From the NCBI GenBank assembly GCA_021683455.1, contig GCA_021683455.1_3051.1: a DNA stretch of 64,000 nt, one strand, 5' to 3'. Position numbers and translations under genes: made by a program. Below, one piece after another: positions 7,793 to 19,803 of this stretch. A model generated the notes under the pieces. The model was not told where the DNA came from. It ran no database searches and saw nothing but the letters and a program-made list of their open reading frames with translations. The first letter of the stretch is position 1; every line of letters starts with the position of its first letter. The stretch is from a phage.

Positions 7793-9503
7793 TAACCTTA
7801 ATTGGTTTGTTGGTGTTGTTGAAGATAGAATGGACCCATTAAAATTAGGTCGTGTTCGTGTTCGTGTGGTTGGTCTGCATCCACCACAAAGAGCACAAGG
7901 TGATGTAATGGGTATTCCAACTGAAAAATTACCATGGATGTCAGTTATTCAACCTATAACTTCTGCAGCAATGTCAGGAATTGGAGGTTCTGTTACTGGA
8001 CCGGTAGAAGGAACTAGAGTTTATGGTCATTTTTTGGACAAATGGAAAACTAACGGAATTGTCCTTGGCACGTATGGTGGAATAGTTCGCGAAAAACCGA
8101 ATAGACTTGAAGGATTTTCTGACCCAACTGGGCAGTATCCTAGACGTTTAGGAAATGATACTAACGTACTAAACCAAGGCGGAGAAGTAGGATATGATTC
8201 GTCTTCTAACGTTATCCAAGATAGTAACTTAGACACCGCAATAAATCCCGATGATAGACCACTATCAGAGATTCCAACTGATGATAATCCAAATATGTCA
8301 ATGGCTGAAATGCTTCGCCGTGATGAAGGATTAAGACTAAAAGTTTATTGGGATACTGAAGGATATCCGACAATTGGTATTGGTCATCTTATCATGAAGC
8401 AGCCAGTTCGTGATATGGCTCAAATTAATAAAGTTTTATCAAAACAAGTTGGTCGTGAAATTACTGGAAACCCAGGTTCTATTACAATGGAAGAAGCGAC
8501 GACTTTATTTGAGCGTGATTTGGCTGATATGCAACGTGACATTAAATCACATTCTAAAGTAGGACCAGTCTGGCAAGCAGTTAATCGTTCTCGTCAAATG
8601 GCGTTAGAAAATATGGCATTCCAAATGGGCGTTGGTGGCGTAGCTAAATTTAACACAATGTTAACTGCTATGTTAGCAGGAGATTGGGAAAAAGCATATA
8701 AAGCTGGTCGCGATTCATTGTGGTATCAACAAACAAAAGGCCGTGCATCCCGTGTTACCATGATTATTCTTACGGGGAATTTGGAATCATACGGTATTGA
8801 AGTGAAAACTCCAGCTAGGTCTTTGTCAGCAATGGCTGCTACTGTAGCGAAGTCTTCTGACCCGGCTGACCCTCCTATTCCGAATGATTCAAGAATTTTA
8901 TTCAAAGAACCAGTTTCTTCATATAAAGGCGAATATCCTTATGTGCATACAATGGAAACTGAAAGTGGACATATTCAGGAATTTGATGATACCCCTGGGC
9001 AAGAACGATATAGATTAGTTCATCCAACTGGAACTTATGAAGAAGTATCACCGTCAGGGAGAAGAACAAGAAAAACTGTTGATAATTTGTATGATATAAC
9101 AAATGCTGATGGTAATTTTTTGGTAGCTGGCGATAAAAAGACTAACGTCGGTGGATCAGAAATTTATTACAACATGGATAATCGTCTTCACCAAATAGAT
9201 GGAAGCAATACGATATTTGTGCGTGGAGATGAAACTAAGACAGTTGAAGGTAATGGAACTATCCTAGTTAAAGGTAATGTTACTATTGTAGTTGAAGGTA
9301 ATGCTGACATTACAGTTAAAGGAGATGCTACCACTTTAGTTGAAGGAAATCAAACTAATACAGTAAATGGAAATCTTTCTTGGAAAGTTGCTGGGACAGT
9401 TGATTGGGACGTTGGTGGTGATTGGACAGAAAAAATGGCATCTATGAGTTCTATTTCATCTGGTCAATACACAATTGATGGATCGAGGATTGACATTGGC
9501 TAA
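7776..9503 (+). CDS. 5: gp5, baseplate hub subunit and tail lysozyme (cell-puncturing device, 575 aa)
   Basis: N-terminus MEMISNNLNWFVGVVEDRMDPLKLGRVRVRV matches my recall of T4 gp5; internal lysozyme domain; C-terminal VxGxxxxx beta-helix repeats. Confidence 0.95.
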   Translation: MEMISNNLNWFVGVVEDRMDPLKLGRVRVRVVGLHPPQRAQGDVMGIPTEKLPWMSVIQPITSAAMSGIGGSVTGPVEGTRVYGHFLDKWKTNGIVLGTYGGIVREKPNRLEGFSDPTGQYPRRLGNDTNVLNQGGEVGYDSSSNVIQDSNLDTAINPDDRPLSEIPTDDNPNMSMAEMLRRDEGLRLKVYWDTEGYPTIGIGHLIMKQPVRDMAQINKVLSKQVGREITGNPGSITMEEATTLFERDLADMQRDIKSHSKVGPVWQAVNRSRQMALENMAFQMGVGGVAKFNTMLTAMLAGDWEKAYKAGRDSLWYQQTKGRASRVTMIILTGNLESYGIEVKTPARSLSAMAATVAKSSDPADPPIPNDSRILFKEPVSSYKGEYPYVHTMETESGHIQEFDDTPGQERYRLVHPTGTYEEVSPSGRRTRKTVDNLYDITNADGNFLVAGDKKTNVGGSEIYYNMDNRLHQIDGSNTIFVRGDETKTVEGNGTILVKGNVTIVVEGNADITVKGDATTLVEGNQTNTVNGNLSWKVAGTVDWDVGGDWTEKMASMSSISSGQYTIDGSRIDIG

Positions 9504-10032
9504 TATACTTCCAATGAGCGCTGATTTAGGAGAATCCATGGAAGGTTCTTCTATCGACGTCACCTTTACCGCTCAATTAGAAACAGGTGAAACGTTAGTA
9601 TCTATAAATATAACTAGTTACGAAGAAACTCCTGGGGTTTTAGTAGAAGAAAATCGCTTATACGGAACATATGAATCTGTGTTTGGATTTGGAAATGACG
9701 CGTTGAAATATCGTTTAGGTGATGAATTTAAAACTGCTGCTTCATGGGAAGAACTTCCTACTGATTCTGACACTCAGTTGTATTTGTGGAAAGCTCCTCA
9801 GAATCTCCAGAAGACATTCACTTACGAAGTAACATTAATATATGACTACCAAGAACAAAGTGAATCTGGAGGTTCTGGCAGTAATTCTAGGTCATCTTCT
9901 GATACTACTGAACCAACAGATCCTCCTGCTCCAGTAAGAAAAACTCTAGTTAAAAATTATACTAAAACTATAGTTGGAAATTGGAGTCGTTGGGCTAATA
10001 AATTAAGAAGCTATGTGTATGAGAGGCCATAG
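9478..10032 (+). CDS. 5.1: gp5.1-like baseplate-associated hypothetical protein
   Basis: ORF between 5 and 5.4; track start at 9475 is TTG, ATG at 9478; overlaps the 3' end of gene 5. Confidence 0.6.
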   Translation: MDRGLTLANILPMSADLGESMEGSSIDVTFTAQLETGETLVSINITSYEETPGVLVEENRLYGTYESVFGFGNDALKYRLGDEFKTAASWEELPTDSDTQLYLWKAPQNLQKTFTYEVTLIYDYQEQSESGGSGSNSRSSSDTTEPTDPPAPVRKTLVKNYTKTIVGNWSRWANKLRSYVYERP

Positions 10033-10326
10033 ATGTCAGGATTAAGTTATGATAAATGTGTTACTGCTGGTCATGAAGCATGGCCTCCAACAGTTGTGAA
10101 TGCTACACAAAGTAAAGTATTCACTGGAGGAATTGCTGTTCTAATAGCAGGCGATCCAATTACAGAACATACAGAAATCAAAAAGCCATATGAAACACAT
10201 GGCGGAGTGACACAACCTAGAACTTCTAAGGTATATGTCACAGGAAAGAAAGCTGTTCAAATGGCTGATTCAATATCATGTGGTGATACTGTGGCTCAGG
10301 CATCATCTAAAGTATTCATTAAATAG
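10033..10326 (+). CDS. 5.4: gp5.4, PAAR-repeat spike tip protein (97 aa)
   Basis: 97 aa as T4 gp5.4; position between 5 and 6. Confidence 0.75.
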   Translation: MSGLSYDKCVTAGHEAWPPTVVNATQSKVFTGGIAVLIAGDPITEHTEIKKPYETHGGVTQPRTSKVYVTGKKAVQMADSISCGDTVAQASSKVFIK

Positions 10327-10334
10327 GATTTAAA

Positions 10335-12317
10335 ATGGCAAATACCCCTGTAAATTATCAATTAACAAGAACAGCAAATGCTATTCCCGAGATATTCGTC
10401 GGGGGTACGTTTGCTGAAATAAAACAAAACCTCATTGAATGGCTTAATGGCCAAAATGAATTTTTGGATTATGATTTTGAAGGCTCAAGATTAAACGTTC
10501 TGTGCGACCTTTTAGCTTATAATACATTGTACATTCAGCAGTTTGGTAATGCTGCTGTGTATGAAAGCTTTATGCGTACTGCTAACTTACGTAGTTCGGT
10601 AGTTCAAGCGGCACAAGATAATGGATATTTACCTACTTCAAAATCAGCTGCTCAAACTGAAATTATGCTAACTTGTACAGATGCATTGAATAGAAATTAC
10701 ATTACTATTCCTCGCGGTACTCGCTTTTTAGCATATGCAAAGGATACTTCTGTTAATCCATATAACTTCGTTTCTACCGAAGACGTTATTGCTATTCGTG
10801 ATAAAAATAACCAATATTTTCCACGATTAAAATTAGCCCAGGGACGTATAGTAAGAACTGAAATCATTTATGATAAATTAACACCTATTATCATTTATGA
10901 CAAAAACATAGATAGAAACCAAGTTAAACTATACGTTGATGGAGCAGAATGGATTAACTGGACAAGAAAGTCAATGGTTCATGCTGGTTCTACATCAACA
11001 ATTTACTACATGCGTGAAACTATTGATGGAAACACTGAATTCTATTTTGGCGAAGGTGAAATTTCTGTTAATGCGGCAGAAGGAGCTCTAACTGCTAACT
11101 ATATTGGAGGTCTTAAACCTACCCAGAACTCTACTATTGTTATTGAGTACATCAGTACTAACGGTGCAGATGCGAATGGTGCAGTCGGATTTTCATACGC
11201 AGATACATTAACAAATATAACTGTCATCAATATTAACGAAAATCCAAATGATGACCCAGATTTTGTTGGGGCCGATGGCGGTGGCGATCCAGAAGATATT
11301 GAGCGTATTCGCGAATTGGGTACTATTAAACGCGAAACCCAGCAACGCTGCGTAACTGCGACCGACTATGATACATTCGTTTCAGAGAGATTTGGTTCTA
11401 TTATTCAAGCTGTTCAGACTTTCACTGATTCTACTAAACCTGGGTATGCATTTATTGCTGCTAAACCTAAATCAGGACTATATTTAACTACTGTGCAACG
11501 TGAAGATATTAAAAATTATCTCAAAGACTATAATTTAGCGCCTATTACACCGTCAATTATTTCTCCTAATTATCTTTTTATTAAGACTAATTTAAAAGTC
11601 ACATATGCTTTAAATAAACTACAAGAATCCGAACAGTGGCTTGAAGGTCAAATAATTGATAAAATTGATCGCTATTATACCGAAGATGTAGAAATTTTTA
11701 ACTCATCTTTTGCCAAGTCTAAGATGTTAACTTACGTAGATGATGCAGATCATTCTATCATTGGTTCATCAGCGACTATTCAAATTGTTCGTGAAGTACA
11801 AAACTTCTATAAAACGCCTGAAGCAGGTATTAAATACAATAATCAAATAAAAGATCGTTCTATGGAATCTAATACGTTTTCATTTAATTCTGGACGAAAG
11901 GTTGTAAATCCTGATACTGGTTTAGAAGAAGATGTATTATATGACGTTCGTATAGTATCAACAGACCGAGATTCTAAAGGAATTGGTAAAGTTATTATTG
12001 GTCCATTTGTTTCTGGCGATGTTACAGAAAATGAAAACATTCAGCCGTATACGGGCAACGATTTTAACAAATTAGCAAATTCTGATGGACGCGACAAATA
12101 CTATGTTATCGGTGAAATAAATTATCCAGCTGACATGATTTATTGGAATATCGCTAAAATTAATTTAACATCTGAAAAATTTGAAGTTCAGACTATTGAA
12201 TTATATTCTGACCCAACCGATGATGTTATCTTTACTCGCGATGGTTCACTGATTGTATTTGAAAATGACTTACGTCCACAATACTTAACTATCGATTTGG
12301 AGCCTATATCACAATGA
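10335..12317 (+). CDS. 6: gp6, baseplate wedge subunit (660 aa)
   Basis: Size identical to T4 gp6; synteny. Confidence 0.9.
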   Translation: MANTPVNYQLTRTANAIPEIFVGGTFAEIKQNLIEWLNGQNEFLDYDFEGSRLNVLCDLLAYNTLYIQQFGNAAVYESFMRTANLRSSVVQAAQDNGYLPTSKSAAQTEIMLTCTDALNRNYITIPRGTRFLAYAKDTSVNPYNFVSTEDVIAIRDKNNQYFPRLKLAQGRIVRTEIIYDKLTPIIIYDKNIDRNQVKLYVDGAEWINWTRKSMVHAGSTSTIYYMRETIDGNTEFYFGEGEISVNAAEGALTANYIGGLKPTQNSTIVIEYISTNGADANGAVGFSYADTLTNITVININENPNDDPDFVGADGGGDPEDIERIRELGTIKRETQQRCVTATDYDTFVSERFGSIIQAVQTFTDSTKPGYAFIAAKPKSGLYLTTVQREDIKNYLKDYNLAPITPSIISPNYLFIKTNLKVTYALNKLQESEQWLEGQIIDKIDRYYTEDVEIFNSSFAKSKMLTYVDDADHSIIGSSATIQIVREVQNFYKTPEAGIKYNNQIKDRSMESNTFSFNSGRKVVNPDTGLEEDVLYDVRIVSTDRDSKGIGKVIIGPFVSGDVTENENIQPYTGNDFNKLANSDGRDKYYVIGEINYPADMIYWNIAKINLTSEKFEVQTIELYSDPTDDVIFTRDGSLIVFENDLRPQYLTIDLEPISQ

Positions 12318-15300
12318 CAGTAAAAGCACCTTCAGTCACTAGTCTCAGAATTTCCAAGTTATCCGCTAATCAGGTGCAAGTACGCTGGGATGACGTTGGT
12401 GCTAATTTCTACTACTTTGTAGAAATCGCTGAGACAAAATCAAACTCGGGAAAAAATCTCCCGAGTAATCAATATCGTTGGATTAATTTAGGATATACAG
12501 CAAATAATAGTTTCTTTTTTGATGATGCTGATCCACTGACATCATATGTTATTAGAGTAGCTACAGCTGCGCAAGATTTTGAGCAGTCTGATTGGATTTA
12601 TACCGAAGAGTTTGAAACTTTTGCTACAAATGCTTATACATTTCAAAACATGATTGAAATGCAATTAGCCAATAAATTCATTCAGGAAAAATTTACTCTT
12701 AATAATTCTGATTATGTTAATTTCAATAATGACACAATAATGGCTGCGTTGATGAATGAATCATTTCAGTTCAGCCCATCGTATGCTGATGTCTCATCAA
12801 TCAGTAATTTTATTATTGGTGAAAACGAGTATCATGAAATACAAGGTTCTATTCAGCAAGTATGTAAGGATATTAACCGAGTTTATTTGATGGAATCAGA
12901 AGGGATTCTATATCTTTTTGAGCGTTATCAACCCGTAGTTAAAGTATCCAATGATAAAGGACAAACCTGGAAAGCTGTAAAGCTCTTCAATGACCGTGTA
13001 GGATATCCTTTATCTAAGACTGTATATTACCAATCTGCAAACACAACATACGTTCTAGGATACGATAAGATTTTCTATGGCCGTAAATCGACTGACGTTA
13101 GATGGTCAGCAGATGATGTCAGATTCAGTTCACAGGATATAACATTTGCTAAATTAGGAGACCAACTTCATTTAGGATTCGATGTTGAAATCTTCGCTAC
13201 TTATGCGACTTTACCAGCGAATGTATATCGTATAGCTGAAGCCATTACTTGTACGGATGATTATATCTATGTTGTTGCCAGAGATAAAGTTAGATATATA
13301 AAAACGAGTAATGCACCTATAGATTCTGACCCGTTATCACCAACATACTCGGAAAGACTTTTTGAACCTGATACAATGACTATAACTGGAAATCCTAAAG
13401 CTGTATGCTATAAAATGGATTCTATTGGTGATAAAGTTTTTGCTCTTATTATTGGTGAAGTTGAAACATTAAATGCTAATCCTAGAACATCAAAAATAAT
13501 TGATTCCGCTGATAAAGGAATATATGTTTTAAATCATGACGAAAAAACATGGAAAAGAGTTTTTGGTAACACTGAAGAAGAAAGAAGACGTATTCAACCT
13601 GGATATGCGAATATGTCAACTGATGGTAAATTAGTTTCTCTGTCTTCGAGTAATTTTAAATTTTTAAGTGATAACATTGTTAATGACCTTGAAACTGCAG
13701 CGAAATATCAGTTAATCGGTGCTGTTAAATATGAATTTCCTCGCGAATGGTTAGCTGATAAACATTATCATATGATGGCGTTTATAGCGGATGAAAAATC
13801 TGATTGGGAGACTTTTACTCCTCAACCGATGAAATACTACGCAGAACCGTTCTTTAATTGGTCTAAAAAATCTAACACTCGTTGTTGGATAAACAACTCT
13901 GATAAAGCTGTAGTAGTTTATGCTGATTTAAAATACACTAAAGTTATAGAAAATATTCCGGAAACATCACCAGATAGATTAGTTCATGAATACTGGGATG
14001 ATGGCGATTGCACTATAGTAATGCCAAACGTTAAATTCACGGGATTTAAAAAATATGCGTCTGGGATGCTTTTTTATAAATCTTCTGGTGAAATAATTTC
14101 TTACTATGATTTTAACTATCGTGTGAGAGATACGGTTGAAATAATTTGGAAGCCAACTGGAATATTTTTAAAAGCATTTTTACAAAACCAAGAGCGCGAA
14201 ACTCCTTGGTCACCAGAAGAAGAACGTGGATTAGCTGACCCTGATTTAAGACCATTGATTGGCACAATGATGCCTGATTCTTATTTGTTACAAGATTCTA
14301 ATTTTGAGGCATTTTGTGAAGCATATATTCAATATCTTTCTGACGGATATGGAACTCAGTATAACAATTTACGAAATTTAATTCGTAACCAATATCCGCG
14401 AGAAGAGCATGCGTGGGAATATTTATGGTCAGAAATATATAAAAGAAACATTTATTTAAATGCTGACAAACGCGATGCTGTTGCAAGATTTTTTGAATCA
14501 CGTAGTTATGATTTTTATTCTACTAAAGGAATTGAAGCATCATATAAATTTCTTTTTAAAGTTCTTTATAATGAAGAAGTTGAAATTGAAATTGAATCGG
14601 GAGCAGGTACTGAATATGATGTAATCATTCAATCTGATTCTCTTACAGAAGATTTAGTAGGACAAACTATCTATACTGCAACTGGAAGATGTAATGTTAC
14701 TTATATAGAAAGAAGCTATTCTAATGGTAAATTGCAATGGACTGTGACTATACATAATCTTTTGGGGCGGTTAATAGCAGGGCAAGAAGTTAAAGCAGAA
14801 AGACTTCCGGGCTTTGAAGGTGAAATTATTCGTGGGGTTAAAGGAAAAGATTTGCTTCAAAATAATATAGACTATATTAATAGAAGTAGATCATATTATG
14901 TAATGAAAATTAAATCCAATTTACCTTCTTCTCGTTGGAAATCTGACGTTATTCGTTTTGTTCATCCAGTAGGATTTGGATTTATAGCAATTACACTTTT
15001 AACGATGTTTATTAATGTTGGTTTAACTCTTAAACACACAGAGACTATAATTAATAAATACAAAAACTATAAATGGGATTCTGGATTGCCTACTGAATAT
15101 GCTGATAGAGTAGCTAAATTGACTCCAACTGGTGAAATTGAGCATGATTCGGTAACAGGCGAAGCAATTTATGAGCCTGGCCCAATGGCTGGTGTAGAAT
15201 ATCCTCTTCCTGATGACTATAATGCTGAAAATAACAATTCAATATTTCAAGGTCAATTGCCGTCTGAACGACGTAAATTAATGAGTCCTTTATTTGATGC

Positions 15301-15412
15301 ATCTGGAACAACATTTGCGCAATTTAGAGATTTAGTTAATAAACGTCTAAAAGACAATATAGGAAATCCAAGAGACCCTGAAAATCCAACACAGGTTAAA
15401 ATAGATGAATGA
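12314..15412 (+). CDS. 7: gp7, baseplate wedge initiator (1032 aa)
   Basis: Size identical to T4 gp7; synteny. Confidence 0.9.
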   Translation: MTVKAPSVTSLRISKLSANQVQVRWDDVGANFYYFVEIAETKSNSGKNLPSNQYRWINLGYTANNSFFFDDADPLTSYVIRVATAAQDFEQSDWIYTEEFETFATNAYTFQNMIEMQLANKFIQEKFTLNNSDYVNFNNDTIMAALMNESFQFSPSYADVSSISNFIIGENEYHEIQGSIQQVCKDINRVYLMESEGILYLFERYQPVVKVSNDKGQTWKAVKLFNDRVGYPLSKTVYYQSANTTYVLGYDKIFYGRKSTDVRWSADDVRFSSQDITFAKLGDQLHLGFDVEIFATYATLPANVYRIAEAITCTDDYIYVVARDKVRYIKTSNAPIDSDPLSPTYSERLFEPDTMTITGNPKAVCYKMDSIGDKVFALIIGEVETLNANPRTSKIIDSADKGIYVLNHDEKTWKRVFGNTEEERRRIQPGYANMSTDGKLVSLSSSNFKFLSDNIVNDLETAAKYQLIGAVKYEFPREWLADKHYHMMAFIADEKSDWETFTPQPMKYYAEPFFNWSKKSNTRCWINNSDKAVVVYADLKYTKVIENIPETSPDRLVHEYWDDGDCTIVMPNVKFTGFKKYASGMLFYKSSGEIISYYDFNYRVRDTVEIIWKPTGIFLKAFLQNQERETPWSPEEERGLADPDLRPLIGTMMPDSYLLQDSNFEAFCEAYIQYLSDGYGTQYNNLRNLIRNQYPREEHAWEYLWSEIYKRNIYLNADKRDAVARFFESRSYDFYSTKGIEASYKFLFKVLYNEEVEIEIESGAGTEYDVIIQSDSLTEDLVGQTIYTATGRCNVTYIERSYSNGKLQWTVTIHNLLGRLIAGQEVKAERLPGFEGEIIRGVKGKDLLQNNIDYINRSRSYYVMKIKSNLPSSRWKSDVIRFVHPVGFGFIAITLLTMFINVGLTLKHTETIINKYKNYKWDSGLPTEYADRVAKLTPTGEIEHDSVTGEAIYEPGPMAGVEYPLPDDYNAENNNSIFQGQLPSERRKLMSPLFDASGTTFAQFRDLVNKRLKDNIGNPRDPENPTQVKIDE

Positions 15413-16409
15413 TTCAAGTGTTATCTATCGTGCGATAGTTACTTCAAAATTTAGAACAGAAAAAATGTTGAATTTTTATAATTCAATTGGAAGTGGTCCG
15501 GATAAAAACACTATCTTTATCACATTTGGAAGATCAGAACCATGGTCATCAAATGAAAATGAGGTGGGCTTTGCCCCACCTTATCCTACCGATTCTGTAT
15601 TAGGTGTAACTGACATGTGGACTCATATGATGGGAACAGTAAAAGTTCTTCCATCTATGCTTGATGCAGTTATTCCTCGTCGAGATTGGGGAGATACTAG
15701 ATATCCGGATCCATACACATTTAGAATTAATGATATTGTAGTGTGCAACTCAGCTCCTTACAACGCTACTGAATCAGGCGCGGGATGGTTAGTGTATCGC
15801 TGTTTAGATGTTCCTGATACTGGAATGTGCTCAATAGCATCTTTAACTAATAAGGATGAATGCCTTAAATTAGGTGGAAAATGGACTCCTTCTGCTAGGT
15901 CAATGACTCCTCCTGAAGGCCGAGGAGATGCTGAAGGAACAATTGAACCCGGCGATGGATATGTATGGGAATATCTTTTTGAGATTCCGCCTGATGTATC
16001 TATAAATAGATGCACGAATGAGTATATTGTAGTTCCTTGGCCTGAGGAATTAAAAGAAGACCCGACTAGATGGGGGTATGAAGATAATCTCACTTGGCAG
16101 CAAGATGATTTTGGGTTAATTTATCGTGTTAAAGCTAATACAATTCGTTTTAAAGCATATTTAGATTCAGTTTATTTTCCTGAAGCTGCATTGCCGGGAA
16201 ATAAAGGATTTAGACAAATATCGATAATTACAAATCCTCTTGAAGCTAAAGTTCATCCAAATGATCCAAACGTTAAAGCTGAAAAGGATTATTATGATCC
16301 GGAAGATTTAATGAGGCATTCGGGCGAAATGATTTATATGGAAAATAGGCCACCTATTATTATGGCAATGGATCAGACAGAAGAAATCAATATTCTGTTT
16401 ACATTTTAA
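15405..16409 (+). CDS. 8: gp8, baseplate wedge subunit (334 aa)
   Basis: Size identical to T4 gp8; synteny. Confidence 0.9.
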   Translation: MNDSSVIYRAIVTSKFRTEKMLNFYNSIGSGPDKNTIFITFGRSEPWSSNENEVGFAPPYPTDSVLGVTDMWTHMMGTVKVLPSMLDAVIPRRDWGDTRYPDPYTFRINDIVVCNSAPYNATESGAGWLVYRCLDVPDTGMCSIASLTNKDECLKLGGKWTPSARSMTPPEGRGDAEGTIEPGDGYVWEYLFEIPPDVSINRCTNEYIVVPWPEELKEDPTRWGYEDNLTWQQDDFGLIYRVKANTIRFKAYLDSVYFPEAALPGNKGFRQISIITNPLEAKVHPNDPNVKAEKDYYDPEDLMRHSGEMIYMENRPPIIMAMDQTEEINILFTF

Positions 16410-16415
16410 ATTAAG

Positions 16416-16439
16416 GGAGCCCATGGGCTCCCTTTTTCT
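16416..16439 (+). terminator. Intrinsic terminator after gene 8
   Basis: Perfect hairpin gggagccc/gggctccc followed by TTTTT. Confidence 0.6.
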
Positions 16440-16440
16440 T

Positions 16441-16448
16441 TATAAATA
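16441..16448 (+). promoter_or_regulatory. Late promoter TATAAATA for gene 9
   Basis: TATAAATA about 25 nt upstream of the gene 9 ATG. Confidence 0.6.
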
Positions 16449-16472
16449 CTATAAACTCATAAGGAAACCGCT

Positions 16473-17339
16473 ATGTTCATTCAAGAACCAAAGAAATTGA
16501 TTGATACCGGCGAAATTGGTAACGCTTCTACTGGTGATATCTTATTCGACGGTGGTAATAAAATTAATAGTGATTTTAACGCAATTTATAACGCGTTTGG
16601 CGATCAACGTAAAATGGCAGTAGCAAATGGCACTGGAGCAGATGGTCAAATTATCCATGCTACTGGATATTATCAAAAACACTCTATTGCAGAGTATGCA
16701 ACTCCAGTAAAAGTTGGCACTAGGCATGATATTGATACCTCTACTGTAGGTGTTAAAGTTATCATTGAAAGAGGCGAACTTGGCGACTGCGTTGAATTTA
16801 TTAACTCAAATGGATCAATATCAGTTACTAATCCTTTAACGATTCAAGCTATTGATTCAATTAAAGGCGTTTCAGGTAATTTAGTAGTAACTAGTCCATA
16901 TAGTAAAGTTACCTTACGTTGTATTTCATCTGATAATTCTACGTCGGTTTGGAATTATTCTATTGAAAGTATGTTTGGTCAAAAGGAATCACCTGCTGAA
17001 GGTACATGGAATATTTCTACATCTGGATCAGTTGACATTCCACTATTTCATCGCACTGAATACAATATGGCTAAATTGCTAGTTACGTGCCAATCAGTAG
17101 ATGGAAGAAAAATTAAAACAGCAGAAATAAATATTCTTGTGGATACTGTTAATTCAGAGGTCATTTCTTCTGAATATGCTGTCATGCGAGTTGGGAATGA
17201 AACCGAAGAAGACGAAATCGCTAATATTGCATTTAGTATTAAAGAAAATTACGTAACGGCGACTATAAGTTCTTCAACTGTCGGCATGAGAGCAGCAGTT
17301 AAAGTTATCGCTACGCAGAAAATCGGGGTGGCTCAATAA
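16473..17339 (+). CDS. 9: gp9, baseplate wedge / long tail fibre socket (288 aa)
   Basis: Size identical to T4 gp9; synteny. Confidence 0.9.
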   Translation: MFIQEPKKLIDTGEIGNASTGDILFDGGNKINSDFNAIYNAFGDQRKMAVANGTGADGQIIHATGYYQKHSIAEYATPVKVGTRHDIDTSTVGVKVIIERGELGDCVEFINSNGSISVTNPLTIQAIDSIKGVSGNLVVTSPYSKVTLRCISSDNSTSVWNYSIESMFGQKESPAEGTWNISTSGSVDIPLFHRTEYNMAKLLVTCQSVDGRKIKTAEINILVDTVNSEVISSEYAVMRVGNETEEDEIANIAFSIKENYVTATISSSTVGMRAAVKVIATQKIGVAQ

Positions 17340-19144
17340 TGAAACAAAATATTAATATCGGTAATGTTGTAGATGATGGTACCGGTGACTACCTGCGTAA
17401 AGGTGGTATAAAAATAAATGAAAACTTTGATGAGCTTTATTATGAACTTGGTGATGGTAATGTTCCATATTCAGCCGGTGCCTGGAAAACTTATAATGCT
17501 TCATCTGGGCAAACATTAAAAGCTGAATGGGGAAAATCATACGCTATTAATACTTCGTCTGGAAGAGTAACACTGCAACTTCCTAAAGGAACTGTTAATG
17601 ATTATAATAAAGTAATTAGAGCTAGGGATGTATTTGCAACATGGAATGTTAATCCAGTTACTTTAGTAGCCGCTTCTGGTGATACTATCAAAGGTTCATC
17701 ATCATCGGTTGAAATTAACGTTCAATTTAGTGATTTAGAGCTAGTTTATTGCGCTCCGGGTCGTTGGGAATATGTCAAAAATAAACAAATTGACAAAATT
17801 ATTAGTTCAGACATTAGCAATGTAGCTCGTAAAGAATTTTTAGTCGAAGTTCAAGGACAAACAGACTTTTTAGATATTTTCCGTGGAACTAGTTATAATG
17901 TTAATAACATCAGAGTAAAACACCGCGGTAATGAATTGTATTACGGCGATGTTTTTAGCGAAAACAGTGACTTTGGCTCTCCAGGGGAAAATGAAGGAGA
18001 ATTGGTTCCTCTTGATGGATTTAATATTAGATTAAGACAGCCTTGTAATATTGGTGACACTGTTCAAATTGAAACATTTATGGACGGTGTATCGCAGTGG
18101 AGAAGTTCATACACAAGACGTCAAATAAAAGTATTAGATTCAAAATTAACATCAAAAACTTCTTTGGAAGGAAGTATTTACGTTACTGATTTATCGACAA
18201 TGAAATCAATTCCATTCTCCGCATTTGGATTAATTCCAGGAGAACCTATTAATCCTAATTCTCTTGAAGTTCGTTTTAATGGAATTTTACAACAACAAGC
18301 TGGAACAGCCGGATATCCTCTGTTTTTATGTGAAGGCGCTAATTCAGATACACAAGAAGGATGTATATCTCTTGGTGGTGAATGGAAAGAATCAAACACA
18401 GATTATTCTATAGAATATGAAGATGGAAAACCGATCAGTCTTTTATTTGATAGAAAATTTGAATCAGGTGATATAATCGTTATAACATGGTTCAATAATG
18501 ATTTAGGAACTCTTTTGGAAAAAGATGACATCATTGAATTAACTGATGAACGCTATGTTAGCAAAGGATCATCTACTGAAGTTACTGGTGATGTAGCCTT
18601 AACTGATTTTGATAAAATCGGTTGGCCAAATGTTGAAAAAGTTGATTCTTATACTAGAACATATAATTCAATATCATCTATTTTCGATAGCATTTATCCC
18701 ATTGGTTCAATTTATGAAAATGCTATAAACCCAAATAATCCGGTGACTTATATGGGGTTTGGTTCATGGAAATTATTTGGTAAAGGACAAGTTTTAGTAG
18801 GATGGAATGATGATGTTACGGATCCAAACTTTGCATTAAACAACAATGATTTAGATTCTAGCGGAAATCCTTCACATACTGCTGGTGGAACAGTTGGAAC
18901 AACATCAGTGACACTTGAGAACGCAAATCTTCCTGCGACTAAAACTGATGAAAAAGTTTTAATTGAAGATGAAAACGGATCAGTTATTATTGGAGGTTGT
19001 CAATATGACCCAGACGAAACTGGTCCTATATATACAAAATATCGTGAAGACTACGCAACAACAAACTCTTCACATACTCCTCCTGCTAATATTAGTAATA
19101 TTCAACCGTCTATTACTGTATACCGTTGGATAAGGATTGCATAA
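17339..19144 (+). CDS. 10: gp10, baseplate wedge subunit and tail pin (601 aa)
   Basis: T4 gp10 is 602 aa; synteny. Confidence 0.9.
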   Translation: MKQNINIGNVVDDGTGDYLRKGGIKINENFDELYYELGDGNVPYSAGAWKTYNASSGQTLKAEWGKSYAINTSSGRVTLQLPKGTVNDYNKVIRARDVFATWNVNPVTLVAASGDTIKGSSSSVEINVQFSDLELVYCAPGRWEYVKNKQIDKIISSDISNVARKEFLVEVQGQTDFLDIFRGTSYNVNNIRVKHRGNELYYGDVFSENSDFGSPGENEGELVPLDGFNIRLRQPCNIGDTVQIETFMDGVSQWRSSYTRRQIKVLDSKLTSKTSLEGSIYVTDLSTMKSIPFSAFGLIPGEPINPNSLEVRFNGILQQQAGTAGYPLFLCEGANSDTQEGCISLGGEWKESNTDYSIEYEDGKPISLLFDRKFESGDIIVITWFNNDLGTLLEKDDIIELTDERYVSKGSSTEVTGDVALTDFDKIGWPNVEKVDSYTRTYNSISSIFDSIYPIGSIYENAINPNNPVTYMGFGSWKLFGKGQVLVGWNDDVTDPNFALNNNDLDSSGNPSHTAGGTVGTTSVTLENANLPATKTDEKVLIEDENGSVIIGGCQYDPDETGPIYTKYREDYATTNSSHTPPANISNIQPSITVYRWIRIA

Positions 19145-19803
19145 TGAGTTTACTTAATAATAAAGCGGGAGTTATTTCCCGCTTAGCAGATTTTCTTGGT
19201 TTTAGAACTAAGAAAAATGATATTTCGGTTATGAATAATCAGCCAGTAGGTGCTGTAACAATTTCACAAATAGCAAAAGGTTTTTATGACCCAAATGTAG
19301 AATCTGCTATCAATGATGTTAGAAATATGGCAGAGCAACAGGTTGGAGCTGTATTAGTTAATATAAGTGGCGTATCTCCTACTGGCGTGCAGCAAACAGA
19401 CTATTGGTCATTTGAAGGAACTGTTACTGATACTTCAGCCAAACCAGGTGACCCAGTTATTGTTAATATGTTTGGCATTCCTGTTAAAGCTACTAATGGA
19501 ATGACTTCAATCGAATTTACCAGTGCCGTTAGAACAGCTCTGCAGGAAATGGTTGCAAAATTTATTGCAATTGATTCATTTGAAGACCATCCTACCATAG
19601 GAAATAAAATACAAGTTAAGTATTTAGATAACCAAGAACATATCTTAGAACAATACTCTGATAAAGGAATTACTTTCAAACAGGAAATAATTTCTCCTTC
19701 TAAACCTGGGTATGGAACTTGGCAATTATTAGGTGCGCAAACTGTTACGCTAGATAGTCACACCCAACCTACAGTATTTTATTATTTTGAGAGAATAGCA
19801 TGA
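19144..19803 (+). CDS. 11: gp11, baseplate wedge / short tail fibre attachment
   Basis: Start at MSLLNNKAG in an ATAATG overlap with the gene 10 stop gives 219 aa as in T4 gp11 (track ORF starts at 19126). Confidence 0.85.
   Translation: MSLLNNKAGVISRLADFLGFRTKKNDISVMNNQPVGAVTISQIAKGFYDPNVESAINDVRNMAEQQVGAVLVNISGVSPTGVQQTDYWSFEGTVTDTSAKPGDPVIVNMFGIPVKATNGMTSIEFTSAVRTALQEMVAKFIAIDSFEDHPTIGNKIQVKYLDNQEHILEQYSDKGITFKQEIISPSKPGYGTWQLLGAQTVTLDSHTQPTVFYYFERIA

Noticed and set aside
15758-16093. 111-aa minus-strand ORF inside gene 8
   Set aside because: Antisense within a conserved baseplate gene with no expression signals.
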